From positions 115,754,001 to 115,818,000 of the forward strand of contig NC_042997.1 of the NCBI RefSeq assembly GCF_006345805.1: a stretch of 64,000 bases of DNA, written 5' to 3'. Source of the stretch: Octopus sinensis. Lineage: Eukaryota. The translations under genes and the position numbers were made by a program. Below are positions 25,388 through 37,959 of the stretch, piece by piece (positions within the stretch are counted from its first letter, which is position 1; every line of letters starts with the position of its first letter). The notes below the pieces were generated by a model, which was given only the letters and a program-made list of their open reading frames with translations, had not been told where the DNA came from and made no database searches.

Positions 25388-25798
25388 GGCATAGGAGTGG
25401 CTGTGTGGTAAGTAGCTTGCTAACCAACCACATGGTTCCGGATTCAATCCCACTGCGTGGCATCTTGGGCAAGTGTCTTCTGCTATAGCCCCAGGCCGAC
25501 CAATGCCTTGTGAGTGGATTTGGTAGACGGAAACTGAAAGAAGCCTGTTGTATATATGTATATATGTATGTGTGTGTTTGTGTGTCTGTGTTTGTCCCCC
25601 TAGCATTGCTTGACAACCGATGCTGGTGTGTTTATGTCCCCGTTACTTAGCGGTTCGGCAAAAGAGACCGATAGAATAAGTACTGGGCTTACAAAAGAAT
25701 AAGTCCCGGGGTCGAGTTGTTCGATTAAAGGCGGTGCTCCAGCATGGCCGCAGTCAAATGACTGAAACAAGTAAAAGTAAAAGTAAAAAGTAAAAGTA
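25388..25798 (+). mobile_element. full-length family B tRNA-derived SINE
   Basis: A-box-like TGGCTGTGTGG, B-box-like GGATTCAATCCC, internal TA/TG microsatellite, (GTAAAA)n tail. A second head follows at 25801-25975. Confidence 0.9.
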
Positions 25799-26269
25799 AT
25801 AGGAGTGGCTGTGTGGTAAGTAGCTTGCTTACCAACCGCATGGTTCTGGGTTCAGTCCCACTGCGTAGCACCTTGAGCAAGTGTCTTCTACTATAGCCTC
25901 GGGCCGACCAAAGAGCCTTGTGAGTGGCTTTGGTAGACGGAAACTGAAAGAAGCCCGTCGTATATATATATATACAACTTATAAACCAAGGCAATAGAAA
26001 AAATTCGGCATATTTCGCATTAGAATATTTTTTTCTTTTGACCTTACTCTTTTACTCTTTTACTTGTTTCAGTCATTTGACTGCGGCCATGCTGGAGCAC
26101 CGCCTTGTTTATAAGTTGTTTATAAATTTAACCTTTAAAGGTATTTTTTAATATGCTGGCCATTGATAGAATTTTTTTTCGAAAAAAATTTTATCCTATA
26201 TTAGATGTATAATATATATATTATATATATATATATATTATTATATATATATATATATATATTATATAT

Positions 26270-26540
26270 GTGTGTGTGTGTGTGTGTGTGTTAGTGTGTG
26301 TATGTGTGTGGTGTGTGTGTGGTGTATGTGTTTGTGTGTCTGTGTTTGTCCCCCCAACATCGCTTGACAACCGATGCTGGTGTGTTTATTTCCCCGTAAC
26401 TTAGCGGGTCGTCAAAAGAGATCGATAGAATAAGTACTGTGCTTCCAAAGAATAAGTCGTGGGGTCGATGTGCTCAACTAAAGGCGGTGCTCCAGCATGG
26501 CAACAGTCACATGACTGAAACAAGTAAAAGAGTAAAAGAG
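26270..26540 (+). mobile_element. family B SINE 3' half
   Basis: Family B tail motifs. Confidence 0.8.
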
Positions 26541-27073
26541 AGTACAGTTGTCTGCCTTGACACTCAAAACGCTGCGAGAGCACACACATGGCTATGTGCT
26601 TAACAAGTTTGATTCTCAACAACGTCGCCTCGAGTTCAATTCCACTTAGTGACATCTTGAGTAAGTATTTTCTGCCATAACCTTGGGTCGACTAAAAGTC
26701 ACGCCTCAGATAATTCGCTCCACAGAAACGGTGTGACAGTTGGACGGTGAGGATTTTCTTGTTCTTCTTTGATGGACTTAATCCATTGTCCGATTTAGCT
26801 TCACCTCCTTGTCCTTTTGGTGCTTTTATTGATGGTCACTCTGTGGTAAGCATTCGGACCAGGTTTATAATTATAAGAATACTTCTTTTCTCCCGTCAGC
26901 CATGAAGGCCCCTTAAACCTTTGCCTGCCCTGTGTGTCCTGACGCACATCCCCAATTATTTTTCAGTTTCTTGAGATTTATGAAAAGAAAACATTTTTCT
27001 TACTCAGAATGTATGAAACATGTATGAAAAGTCTGAAAGCAAGCAGGAACGTTTAAGGTAAAACGTATTAACG

Positions 27074-27240
27074 CAGGAATGGCTGTGTGGTAAGAAGCTT
27101 GCTTACCAATCACATGGTTCCGGGTTCAGTTCTACTGTGTGGCACCTTGGACAAGTGTCTTCTACCATAGCCTCGGGCCGAACACAAACTCTTCTGAGTG
27201 GATTTGGTAGATGAAATTGAAAGAAACCAGTCGTATATAT
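27074..27240 (+). mobile_element. family B SINE 5' half
   Basis: GCAGGAATGGCTGTGTGGTAAG head. Confidence 0.8.
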
Positions 27241-27265
27241 GTTCGTATATATGTGTAATATATAT

Positions 27266-27299
<34 letters not shown>

Positions 27300-27307
27300 C
27301 ATCTATC

Positions 27308-27339
<32 letters not shown>

Positions 27340-27982
27340 CTCTATATCTATGTATAATATATATATATATATATATATAATATATATATATGGATAGATA
27401 CATACGTAGTTAAGTACGGATACAATAAAACGCACATATGCATTTACATGCACATACATGCATATACACGCATATGTCTTAGCGGAACTTGTGCAACATA
27501 TCTGAAGCCGAAACATGTCTGCTTGATAGAAGACAGAAAATTCTTTTCTATGTTCTTCAAAGAATGGAACCAGAGAATATTGGCAATGTTAGCCAAGCAA
27601 ACAAAGTTACATAGACCTTAGTGACAGGAAACAGGCATCATTACCCCGCCAAGAAAACAAACATTACATCGAGAATGGAAAGAAAAAAAATACTGAAAAC
27701 GAAGTCAGAGTGAAAATTACTGAAATGTGATCTCACACGAGTTGCTCCATAAAATGTATAAACTAGCCAGATAATGATAAAGACCAGGGTTTTCATAAGC
27801 TTTTTGTAAACAAAGAAACTTTCAGACCAGTCTGGACGAAAAAGAGAAAAAGAAAAAAAAAAAGAAAATGAAAAGTGAGAATTAAAAAAATAAATCAAGA
27901 TTGGTAATAAATATAGGAACCAAAAATAGTTAATAGCGACAGAAATAGTATTAACACCAAAATGCAATATTTATACTCACCA

Positions 27983-28335
27983 CACCGGGCAAATGCTTAG
28001 CGTTATTTCGTCTGTCTTTACATTCTGAGTTCAAATTCCGCTGAGGTCGACTTTGCCTTTCATCCTTTCGGGGTCGATTAAATAAGTACCAGTTATGCAC
28101 AGGGGTCGATATAATCGACTTAATCCGTTTGTCTGTCCTTGTTTGTCTTCTTTGTGTTTATCCCCTTGTGGGTAGTAAAGAAATTGGTATTTCGTCCGTC
28201 TTTACATTCTGAGTTCAAATTCCGCCCAGGTCGACTTTGCCTTTCATCCTTTCGGAATCGATAAAATAAGTGCCAGTTGAGTAGTGAGCTTCTCCACCCG
28301 CTAAAATTACTAATCTGGTGCCAAAATTTGAAACC
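27983..28335 (+). mobile_element. family A SINE with one internal repeat
   Basis: Two GAGTTCAAATTCCGC blocks about 185 bp apart. Confidence 0.8.
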
Positions 28336-28695
28336 AATATTTGTGCCCACTTAAAAGTAGATGTTGCATTAGAACACAAGCTACTGCGTTGTTTACCATG
28401 AGAGAGAACTTCATATGTGGAATTGTGGTGCATATAAGCACTCGTGTTTATATTGCTAGCGGGAGACAATTGTCCGCTACAGCCGCCAGAACTGCGGTAT
28501 TACGCGATTTCGGCCTTCTTTGGTCTTCTCAATGGCAGACATCCACAGCGAGTCCATATGAGAGGTTCTCTCATGGTAAATTTTGCAGTATTCTATGTTC
28601 TAACACAACATCCACTTTTAAATGGGGATAAACATGAACCAAAGATTTCGAACTGAAAATTTATAACAGTCGGCTCAGCTCATATTTATAACAAA

Positions 28696-28766
<71 letters not shown>

Positions 28767-28770
<4 letters not shown>

Positions 28771-28953
28771 AACACCAGGACTTACAAACACATATAACAT
28801 ACAGAAAATTGCACTACTAGGCACTGCACACATCCTACGCAGAACACTTTCCATACAATAACCATCAGAGCATCACAACAAATCACAGCACATACCCAAG
28901 GCACACAGAGCTGCGCTCGGTAGTGAAGTGAAAGTACCTATAAAAAAAAACTA

Positions 28954-28956
<3 letters not shown>
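28767..28956 (+). mobile_element. R4/Dong-like (REL-endonuclease) LINE 3' end within (AAT)n
   Basis: TPGLTNTYNIQKIALLGTAHILRRTLSIQ* C-terminal motif, with (AAT)n on both sides. Confidence 0.7.
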
Positions 28957-29030
<74 letters not shown>

Positions 29031-29051
29031 TAATAATATAATAATAATAAT

Positions 29052-29553
29052 GATTGGAAGTGTTATCATGTACATTGTTTTGTCTAGTATAAAAGATGGG
29101 CTACAGCAAATATTCTGCTCAATACCACAGATTTGCTTGTCAGTTGTTTGACCTTAACCAGTTTAGCATGTCCCTTAGTGCTGACGATATGTGCATCTCT
29201 GATCACGAGCAGAAGTAGTGGGGGAGCATCATAGCCATATTTGAAGGGATTCTTTGAGGTTTGAATAGTTCACCTCTGGAAACATGGTGGTTCTTTCAAC
29301 ATCCTTAAACAACCCTTATTCAGGGACCGTTTGAGCGGGATGGGCTACTCAACCTGAAGAAAATTCTAACTGGGCCCCACCTGCAAGGTAATTGCTGTTT
29401 ATCTTGATATGAGATCACCATGTCGCGCACATATGGTTGTGATGCATGTGCCTGGTGTACCTTTATCAGACGGGTAGTCATGATGGGTATATTGGGCTTC
29501 GTATATTTTACCCCAGTGTCCCTTTGATGGCATGAACTGCTCTCTCTCACTCA
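29052..29553 (+). repeat. ~570-bp AAT-flanked repeat, copy 3 (5'-truncated)
   Basis: Matches 2294-2800. Confidence 0.85.
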
Positions 29554-29676
29554 ATGATAATAATAATAATAATATAATAATAATAATAATAATAATTATA
29601 ATAATAATAATAATAAGAAAGAAGAGAAGAAAAGAAGAAGAAGAAAAGAAGAAGAAGAAGAAGAAGAAGAAAAGAA

Positions 29677-29707
<31 letters not shown>

Positions 29708-29849
29708 AAGAAGAAGAAGAATAAGAAGAACTGGAGAGCGCAAACCTCCGCCAAGACTTCTCACACCACGTCCTCTCAACGATTAGCCAGGGAGCTTTTT
29801 TTTTTCCCCCTTTATTTTATTTTCTTTTTTTCCATTTTTTCCTTCTTTT

Positions 29850-30010
29850 CCTTTTCTCTCTGTCTTTTTTGCCCTTTTTTACGTGACTTTGTAAATGAAC
29901 AATCAGGTGTGTTTATTTTGATGGCCTACTAATGTATACAGTGAGTTTCTTTGCCCTACGTGTTGGGAAGACACCCGGCAAGAAATGGAAAGAAAATTGA
30001 AAGAAGATAA
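29850..30010 (+). mobile_element. copy of R4-like LINE 3' UTR
   Basis: Similar to 31390-31575, ends in (AAT/AAC)n. Confidence 0.5.
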
Positions 30011-30012
30011 TG

Positions 30013-30067
<55 letters not shown>

Positions 30068-30219
30068 CAACAACAACAACAACAGCAGCAGCAGCAGCAG
30101 CAGCATCAACAACGACAACAACAACAATAATTTTAATAATAATAATAATAATGTACAGACCGGACCTTCAAAGCAAATAAATAAACCAAATATATTTGTG
30201 AAACACCAAAACAATAAAG

Positions 30220-30575
30220 GGTACTTTTTGGTTATTTCACCCCTATTAAAAAATTGGGTCATCTCCCCCAACAAAAAAAACTTGTTTAACCCTCAATAAG
30301 ACAAAAAAAATGAAAACTTTATAAACATGATAATTGAAAAAGTTAAACATCTTATTGAATCTCTCTTTACTCTTTTACTTGTTTCATATATTTGACTGTG
30401 GCCATGCTGGAACACTGCCTTGAGTCGAGCAAATCGACCCCGGACTTATTCTTTGTAACCCTAGTACTAATTCTATCGGTTCTTTTGCCGAACCGCTAAG
30501 TTACGGGGACGTAAACACACCAGCATCGGTTGTCAGGCGATGTTGGGGGACAAACACAGACACACAAACATATAT

Positions 30576-30622
<47 letters not shown>

Positions 30623-30653
30623 TAAATATATAATATATATATATATTATATAT

Positions 30654-30690
<37 letters not shown>

Positions 30691-31051
30691 CGACGGGCTT
30701 CTTTCAGTTTCGGTCTACCAAATCCAATGACAAGGCTTTGTCGGCCCGAGGCTATAATAGAAGACACTTGCCCAAGTGCCATGCAGTGGGACTGAACCTG
30801 GAACCATGTGGTTGGTAAGCAAGCTACTTACCACACGGCCACTCCTGCGCCTCTGATAAAATTTTTATAACAAACCATACAATGCCTATTGAGGAGGCCA
30901 AACGTTAACGATGTGTTGAAGTATTGAATCAAAAGGATCTAACCCTTTTAATCCAGTCTCTTGTCGCCACATAAAATCGACTTTTTAGTGGGGAGATAAC
31001 CCAATTTTTAATGGAAATTTTTTAATGGGGGTGAGATAACCAAAATGTACC
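30220..31051. mobile_element. Merlin-like MITE (GG-terminal TIRs, 8-bp TSD CAATAAAG), itself interrupted by a SINE
   Basis: GGTACTTTTTGGTTATTTCACCCC / GGGGTGAGATAACCAAAATGTACC TIRs. TSD at 30212-30219 and 31052-31059. Confidence 0.75.
30361..30851 (-). mobile_element. full-length family B SINE
   Basis: Inverted match to 25388-25798. Confidence 0.9.
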
Positions 31052-31579
31052 CAATAAAGTCTGTTTATTGATTGTCATGAGCATACCCTATGACCATAAT
31101 ATCTCGGCATAAGAATTTGATAAGCGCAGAAAATATAAAGATTTGTTAATCGAAATCCAAAATATGTGGCATCTCAAGTCGGTTACAATACCCGTGATTA
31201 TAGGAGCACTTGGAATGATCAAAAAAAGGAACTGGAAATTATTTTTAAATGATCCCTGGTTTACCATCCATGCAAGAATTTCAAACGATTGTCTTAACTG
31301 GTACGTCACAAGTACTGAGAAGAGCATTGTTGCTGTGAATTTTCTTTCCTTTTTCCCCCTTAATTTTCTTTGTTTACATTCTTATTTTTTATTTTTCCCT
31401 TTTTCTCTCTGTCTTTCTTCACCTTTTCTTTATCATATGACTTTGTTAATGAACAATCTGGTGTGTTTATTTTAATGGCCTACCATTGTATACAGCATGT
31501 TTCTCTACCCTAGGTGTCAGGAAGACACTCGGCAAAAAAAAAAACGGAAACAGAATTGAAAGAAGATGATAACAACAAC

Positions 31580-31764
31580 AAGGACAGACAAACGGATTAA
31601 ATCGATATACCGAACCCAGTGCGTAACTGGTACTTATTTAATCGACCCCGAAAGGATAAAAGGCAAAGTCGACCTCGGAGGAATTTGAACTCAGAATGTA
31701 ACGGCAGACGAAATACCGCTAAGCATTTCGCTCGGCGTGCTAACGATTCTGCCAGCTCACCGCC

Positions 31765-31768
<4 letters not shown>
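31580..31768 (-). mobile_element. family A SINE
   Basis: Inverted match to the family A consensus. Confidence 0.8.
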
Positions 31769-31860
<92 letters not shown>

Positions 31861-32367
31861 AGTAGTAGTAGTTGTTGTAGGCGCTGCAATTGTAGTAATA
31901 GTAATGGTGGTGGCGGCGGCGCTGGCACTAGAGTTGGCGGTGGCGGTGGTGCGATGAAGATATAGTAGCCATTTGTAAATTTGTGAGTTTCATGGTTGTG
32001 AGTGCTACCAAATGATTGTAAAAAAAAAAAAGTCTAGAAGAATCCCCATCTTCAGAAGCAGGCGCTGGAGGCCCATTCTCTCCACCAGCTTTCTTATCCC
32101 GGCATCTTGTTTATTTCTTTGTCAAAGCCGAGAGCCGTTCACTCAACATAGCCATTATGGACGCTGATCGTCTGTAAGAGAAGCCGTCAACACATCGTCT
32201 ATCTTACACAGCTCTCTTTTATAAGGGATACAAAAAACAAAACTATATATATGTATATATATATATGTGTGTGTTTGTGTGTATATGTATATGTATATAT
32301 ATGTATATATATATATATATATACATATATACATATATATATATAATATATATACATACACATATAT

Positions 32368-32449
<82 letters not shown>

Positions 32450-32775
32450 AGCTACATATATATACACGTGGTGTGTGTGTGTGTGTGTATTTATGTCCCA
32501 AATAGAATGACGGGTCTGGAGTTTGAAGTGGAAATAAATAACCAGCTTTCTAATGATGAAGGGATAAAAAAAATAGAAAACGGGACTCGAAAAATCAAAC
32601 TTTTTTTATCCCATTCCGTCTTGCCTTCTTTCTTTCTTCTTTCTGTCTCCCTCCTCCTCTCTCTTTCTCTCCCTCTCTCTCTCTTTCTCTCCCTCTCTCT
32701 CTCTTTCTCTCCCTCTCTCTCTTTCTCTCCCTCTCTCTCTCTCTCTCTCTTACTGTCTTTGTTTCACTTCTCTTG

Positions 32776-32817
<42 letters not shown>

Positions 32818-32935
32818 ATAGTCTTTCCGCGTGTCATTCTCATTGCGCCATTTTTCTCTCTATCATTGTAAGCATCTTGTAAAACATCACAGCGCATACA
32901 AACAAAATCCACATGCGTATTCGCACACACACACA

Positions 32936-32967
<32 letters not shown>

Positions 32968-33159
32968 GATACACATACACACACACAAACACATACAAAC
33001 ACACACAAACACACACCAACAAACTAATGTAAACCATCACAAGCGATTACGAAGCAAAACTTCACACACATACAACTGGAGCTACATATTAATAACTGCC
33101 AACAAAGACCACGTACAGACTGTCATAGCCGCAGCTGGAGTCACAAATCCTTAGTTGCA

Positions 33160-33340
33160 GGATGATGATGATACTAGCGGCTGTCATGGCAATGATGATG
33201 ATGATGATGATGAAGATGATGATGACGACGATGACGACGACGACGATGACGACGACAACGATGACGATGATGACAACAACGGCGATGATGGTGATAATGA
33301 TGATCATGATGACGATGACGATGATGATGATGATGATAAC
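33160..33340. repeat. (GAT/GAC)n trinucleotide tract
   Basis: Direct inspection. Confidence 0.9.
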
Positions 33341-33678
33341 GATCTCTAATGCAATCATTGTATTGTTCCAGTCCCAAGTTGGAATTCCAACTTTTGGCCA
33401 GTTTGTCCCAAAGTTCTTACCTCGACATAAAATTAACGAAACGAATGTCATTTATCTCCCCCTTGATCTCTGACGTCATCTGACAAACGCCAACCAAGAC
33501 GGCGTGAATCAGCCAATCTTTACCTGCTAGAAATAGCAACCCAAATTCTTTTAAATCAGATCCCAATGCTGGATGTTCAAGTACCAAATGAAGGACAGAT
33601 TGGCCAATCCCGGGATCATCCTGATTCCAAAATGATGCAATATATCTATGTAGAGCAAATGTAGACTAGGATGCTGGG

Positions 33679-34191
33679 GTCCAGAACGCGAAATTGTTTT
33701 CCCACGAGAGTTCTGGACCCCAGTAATGAACTCATTTGCATATAGCCAATCAGAGCTCACCATGACCTTTGTCAAGTGAACAAACACACTCTACCAAGTA
33801 AACTCAAGACGAAGAACGATGTTGTAAGTCGACCGATCGCCAAGTTATGCCTGATTTTAGAAGAGACAAGTAATTAGATAGATTTTGTCAAGGTCCCATA
33901 TGTTAAAGATGTGGGTAGAGGGTGATGTACTGGCAACCCTCTCCCCTTACTGTTTTACAAAGTAAACAACAACGCAGAGGCAGCCATGGTTGAAACAAGA
34001 ACAACAACAACAAGAATTCTTAAAAGAGAAAACACATATGGTCATTCCTTACCCAAGTAATCTTATCTTATCGCCCATCACTTGTTATGTTCTCGTAAAT
34101 TAGTTTGATAGTTGAGCTCTGATTGGTTGTATGCAAATGAGTTCATAACTAGGGTCCGGAGCTCTCATGGGAAAAATTTTGCGTCCCGGAC
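33679..34191. mobile_element. MITE-like foldback element with ~80-bp imperfect TIRs
   Basis: 33679-33759 is the inverted counterpart of 34113-34191. Both arms contain ATTTGCAT and CCAATCAG. Confidence 0.6.
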
Positions 34192-34299
34192 AGACAGAAT
34201 TTCTTGTTTATTATCATAGATGTGTGAAATATTTGTCATGCTTTTCTGTGAAATATGTATTTCGAAGATATATAAAAAATAAATGTCCTTTATCTCCTA

Positions 34300-34533
34300 G
34301 TTGTTTTTGTCGTTAGACTGCGGCCATGCTGGGGCATCGCCGTGAAGAATTTCTAGTCGAAGAAATCCACCCTGATACTTAACTTTTTTTTGTACTTGGT
34401 ATATATCGCTCTCATATGCCGAACCACTGAGTTACGAGAACGCAAACACACCAACTACAGTTACCAACCGTAGGAAACAAACACAGACACACAAGCATAC
34501 ACACACATCTATCTGCCTCTTTCTTCCCCCGCT

Positions 34534-34566
<33 letters not shown>

Positions 34567-34573
34567 GTATTCT

Positions 34574-34625
<52 letters not shown>

Positions 34626-34760
34626 ACGGCGGGCTTCTTTCAGTATCCAATCCAATCACAAGTCTTACTCCGAGACTATAGTAGAAAACAGCTGCCAAAG
34701 TTGACACGCAGTGGGGCTGAACCCGAAACCAAGTTTTTTACCACAGTGCCAGCCCGCGCC
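34300..34760 (-). mobile_element. degenerate family B SINE
   Basis: Family B motifs, inverted. Confidence 0.65.
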
Positions 34761-35018
34761 TGTATCTTGTAAATGTTTGTTATTATTTGTAATGTCATGA
34801 AATATTTGTCATGTAATTTTGTGAAATGCATGCTAAGAAGCTATGTAAAAACTAAACATTTCTTTTTTAATGGAAAATAAAGAGTTTTCAAAAAAAAAAG
34901 TAGATAAAAATTATAAGACGTCTTCCAGGAATCGAACCTAGGTCGCGATTATAGTAAGTCGTAAAATCAAACCGTAGAAAAATTAGAAACTGAACAATAA
35001 AGTGTTGCAATTAAGAGC

Positions 35019-35313
35019 GGTACTGTTTGGTTATCTCATCCCCATTAAAAAATTGCCATTAAAAAATTGAGTTATCTCCCCACTAAAAAGTTGACTTTAT
35101 GTGGCGACAAGAGATTGGATTAAAAGGGTTAAATCCTTTTGATTCAATACTTCAACACATTGTTGACGTTTGGTCCCCTCAATAGGAATGGTCCGATTTG
35201 TTATAAAAGTTTTATTAGATTCAATAACATGAATAATTTTTTTAGTTTTCCATGGTTTGTTATAAAAATATCATCAGATTCAGTAAGACGTTTAATCTTT
35301 TCACTTTTCATGT
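35019..35313. mobile_element. 5' part of Merlin-like MITE (3' part at 41760-41871 and 51346-51459)
   Basis: GGTACTGTTTGGTTATCTCATCCC TIR. Degenerate TSD TTAAGAGC (35011-35018) vs CGAAGAGC (41872-41879). Confidence 0.6.
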
Positions 35314-35530
35314 TTACTCTTTTTTACTCTTTTACTCTTTTACTTGTTTCAGTCATTTGACTGTGGCCATGCTTGAGGACCGCCTTTAGTCGAGCAAATC
35401 GACCCTATGACTCATTCTTTGTAAGCCTAGTACTTGTTCTATTGGATCTCTTTTGCCGAACTGTTAAGTTACGGGGATGTAAACACACCAGCATCGGTTG
35501 TCAAGCGATGTTGGGAGACAGACACACAAA

Positions 35531-35621
<91 letters not shown>

Positions 35622-35764
35622 GTACATTTATACGACGGGCTTCTTTCAGTTTCTGTCTACCAAATCCACTCACAAGGCTTTGGTCGGCCCGAGGCTATAG
35701 TAAAAGATACTTGCCCAAGATGCCACGCAGTGGGACAGAACCCGGAACCATGAGGTCCGTAAGC
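35314..35764 (-). mobile_element. family B SINE containing the left breakpoint of the segmental duplication
   Basis: Family B sequence. 35631-35764 matches 41594-41728 at diagnostic positions. Confidence 0.85.
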
Positions 35765-35969
35765 ACCTTGAGCAAGTGTCTTCTACCATAGCTCTAAAGC
35801 AACCAAAACCATATGAGTAGATTTTGTAGATGGAAACTTGTTCCCCAGCTTGACAACCGATGCTGGTGTGTTTACGTCCCCGTAACTTAGCGGTTCGTCA
35901 AAAGACTCCGATAGAATACGCGCTAGGCTTTAAAAATTCATTTTAAAATTCTTCATGGATACAGTTTGG

Positions 35970-36857
35970 AGATCTTTTCAATTCTGAAGCCAGGACCACA
36001 GATCTTTCTACTTAACTAAATATTCTGAAACTTCGTATGCTGGTAGAGTCTAGCAAAACAAGACACAGGTTGGAACTAGTTTATTTGAGAAAAATCTATT
36101 TTATGACTTTAATCGTAGATTAAAACTGCGAATTTTAACCAATAAGATTGTTTGTTTTCATGTGTAAAACTTGACTGCATTCTATTAGTGTGACGTAGAA
36201 AGCGCTTTTGTGACGTACTAACGTTCGGAAAACTGTAAACAAACACAGAACGTAACGGCAGACGAAATACGGCTATGCATTTCGCCCAGCGTGCTAACGT
36301 TTCTGCCAGCTCTTTGCTTTTTTAATATTAAATTTCTTGCCTTTTGCACAAATAAATACAATAAGTGAAATGAAACGCATTAGCTTAGAAACGAAATCTT
36401 GTTAGAAGCCTCGTCACTGAGATGCCACTTCTTAATAGCAAACGAAAGCAAGTACTAACAGAATGGAAACATTTTCAATTTAATACATGTGGCTTATTAA
36501 CTAGTTTTAAATATTGTTATTAGAAGGTGGCTGACTATAGGATCCTGGAAACATGAGTACGTTAAATAATTAGAAGGAGATTTCACGGAGACATGCGGCT
36601 TGTTTACATTTAAGATGTTTAATACGTCACCAAATTGGTGGTCGAGACGGAGTAAATAAAATAAAGCCGAATGACGGAATATCATTGGTTAAAACTCTAA
36701 TTATTAAACAACGTTAAACTTAGAAGTTACAATTCCGTTTTCATTCTGGTTTACAATTAAGTTTACTTTTGACACATTCTACCAGTATACGAAGTTTCAA
36801 ATTGTTTGGTTCAGTAGGAAAAATTTGAAAAAACTGGCTTCAGAATTGAAAAGATCC
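35970..36857. mobile_element. 888-bp MITE, 23-bp perfect TIR core, 8-bp TSD CAGTTTGG
   Basis: GATCTTTTCAATTCTGAAGCCAG at 35971-35993 with its inverse at 36834-36856. TSD at 35962-35969 and 36858-36865. Empty sites in U2 and U3. Confidence 0.9.
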
Positions 36858-36901
36858 CAGTTTGGTGATTAACACCAGTAAAATGTAATCTCGAATTGGA
36901 T

Positions 36902-36973
36902 GGGCTCATCCGGGATTCCAACTCGGGACCCCTCGCACCCTAAGCGAGAATCATACCCCTAGACCAACGAGCC
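36902..36973 (-). pseudogene. trnP: tRNA-Pro (AGG), probably inactive
   Basis: T arm reads CCGAG TTGGAAT CCCGG, i.e. a C56G B-box change plus a T-stem mismatch. Confidence 0.75.
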
Positions 36974-37257
36974 TCTTACCATTCATGTTTAACTTTAGTA
37001 ACCAAATATTATGATAGCAACTATTCTGTTAATCGCTTCAATGCAAGTTTATTTAATAGACTACAGTAACCAGCCTTAATCAATAGTTGTCTCCCCGTCC
37101 TACCACTCTCCAGTCAGTCGACCGGAACTTATTGCTCACGACAGTTGATATATTATGGCCGATAGCATGTTTTGTCGTTGCTTTTTGTTTTACCTTTTAG
37201 CTTCAACCATTTACTTGTTTCATATAAGTAGTTATAACTGATCGTATTTTACCGGCT

Positions 37258-37329
37258 GGCTCGTTGGTCTAGGGGTATGATTCTCGCTTAGGGTGCGAGA
37301 GGTCCCGGGTTCAACTCCCGGACGAGCCC
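37258..37329 (+). tRNA. trnP: tRNA-Pro (AGG)
   Basis: Canonical, T loop TTCAACT, T-run about 20 nt downstream. Confidence 0.95.
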
Positions 37330-37959
37330 ATTATATCTTACTATGTTGCTTTTTTTTGTGTAAAAACAAATTCCACTTTACAAAATCTTTCAAAACAATA
37401 CGAGATATTTTGCACATATGTAACACATTCATACTTACGTGACTAAGTGGTTAGGATATTCGGCTCTTGATCGTAAGGCCGTAAGTTCGATTCTTGGCGG
37501 TGCACAGTTTCTTTGAGCAAGACACTTCACGTTACTCCATTCATCTGGCAGATATGAGTAGACTAGTAATTCGAAGGCCCAGCCTTGTCACATTCTGTGT
37601 CAGGTTGAATCTCCCTGAGAACTACGTTAAGATGGATGTGCGTACCTGTGGGGTGCTCAGCCACATGCATATATTAATTTCATGAACATAGGCGCAGGAG
37701 TGGTTGTGTGGTAAGTAGCTTGCTTACCAACCACATGGTTCCGGGTTCAGTCCCACTAAAGGCGGTGCTCCAGCATGGCCGCAGTCATATACTGAACCAA
37801 GTAAAAGAGTAAAGAGAACTGTACCATTGATCGGATCAACTAGAACACAAGTCGTCGTAACCGACGGAATACCAGTAACAGACTTACGTAAAACACCATG
37901 TAGCTTCCTCACTTTAATGGTATGTCACCTTCGGAGAATTCTTGAATTTCCGAATTAAC

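Larger units (their letters stand above)
30152..31575 (+). pseudogene. R4/NeSL-like LINE REL-endonuclease 3' fragment interrupted by a MITE
   Basis: NKPNIFVKHQNNK|VCLLIVMSIPYDHNIS...KYKDLLIEIQNMWHLK..IPVIIGALG...LTGTSQVLRRAL rejoins across the 30220-31051 insertion. Confidence 0.75.

Noticed and set aside
26700-26900. Possible exon (PGPNAY motif on minus strand, GTAAGC donor on plus strand)
   Set aside because: Stops in all plus frames and no convincing paired splice sites on the minus strand.
34918-34945. tRNA-like T arm (CTAGGTTCGATTCCTGG) on the minus strand
   Set aside because: No matching D arm or acceptor stem upstream, so at most a remnant.
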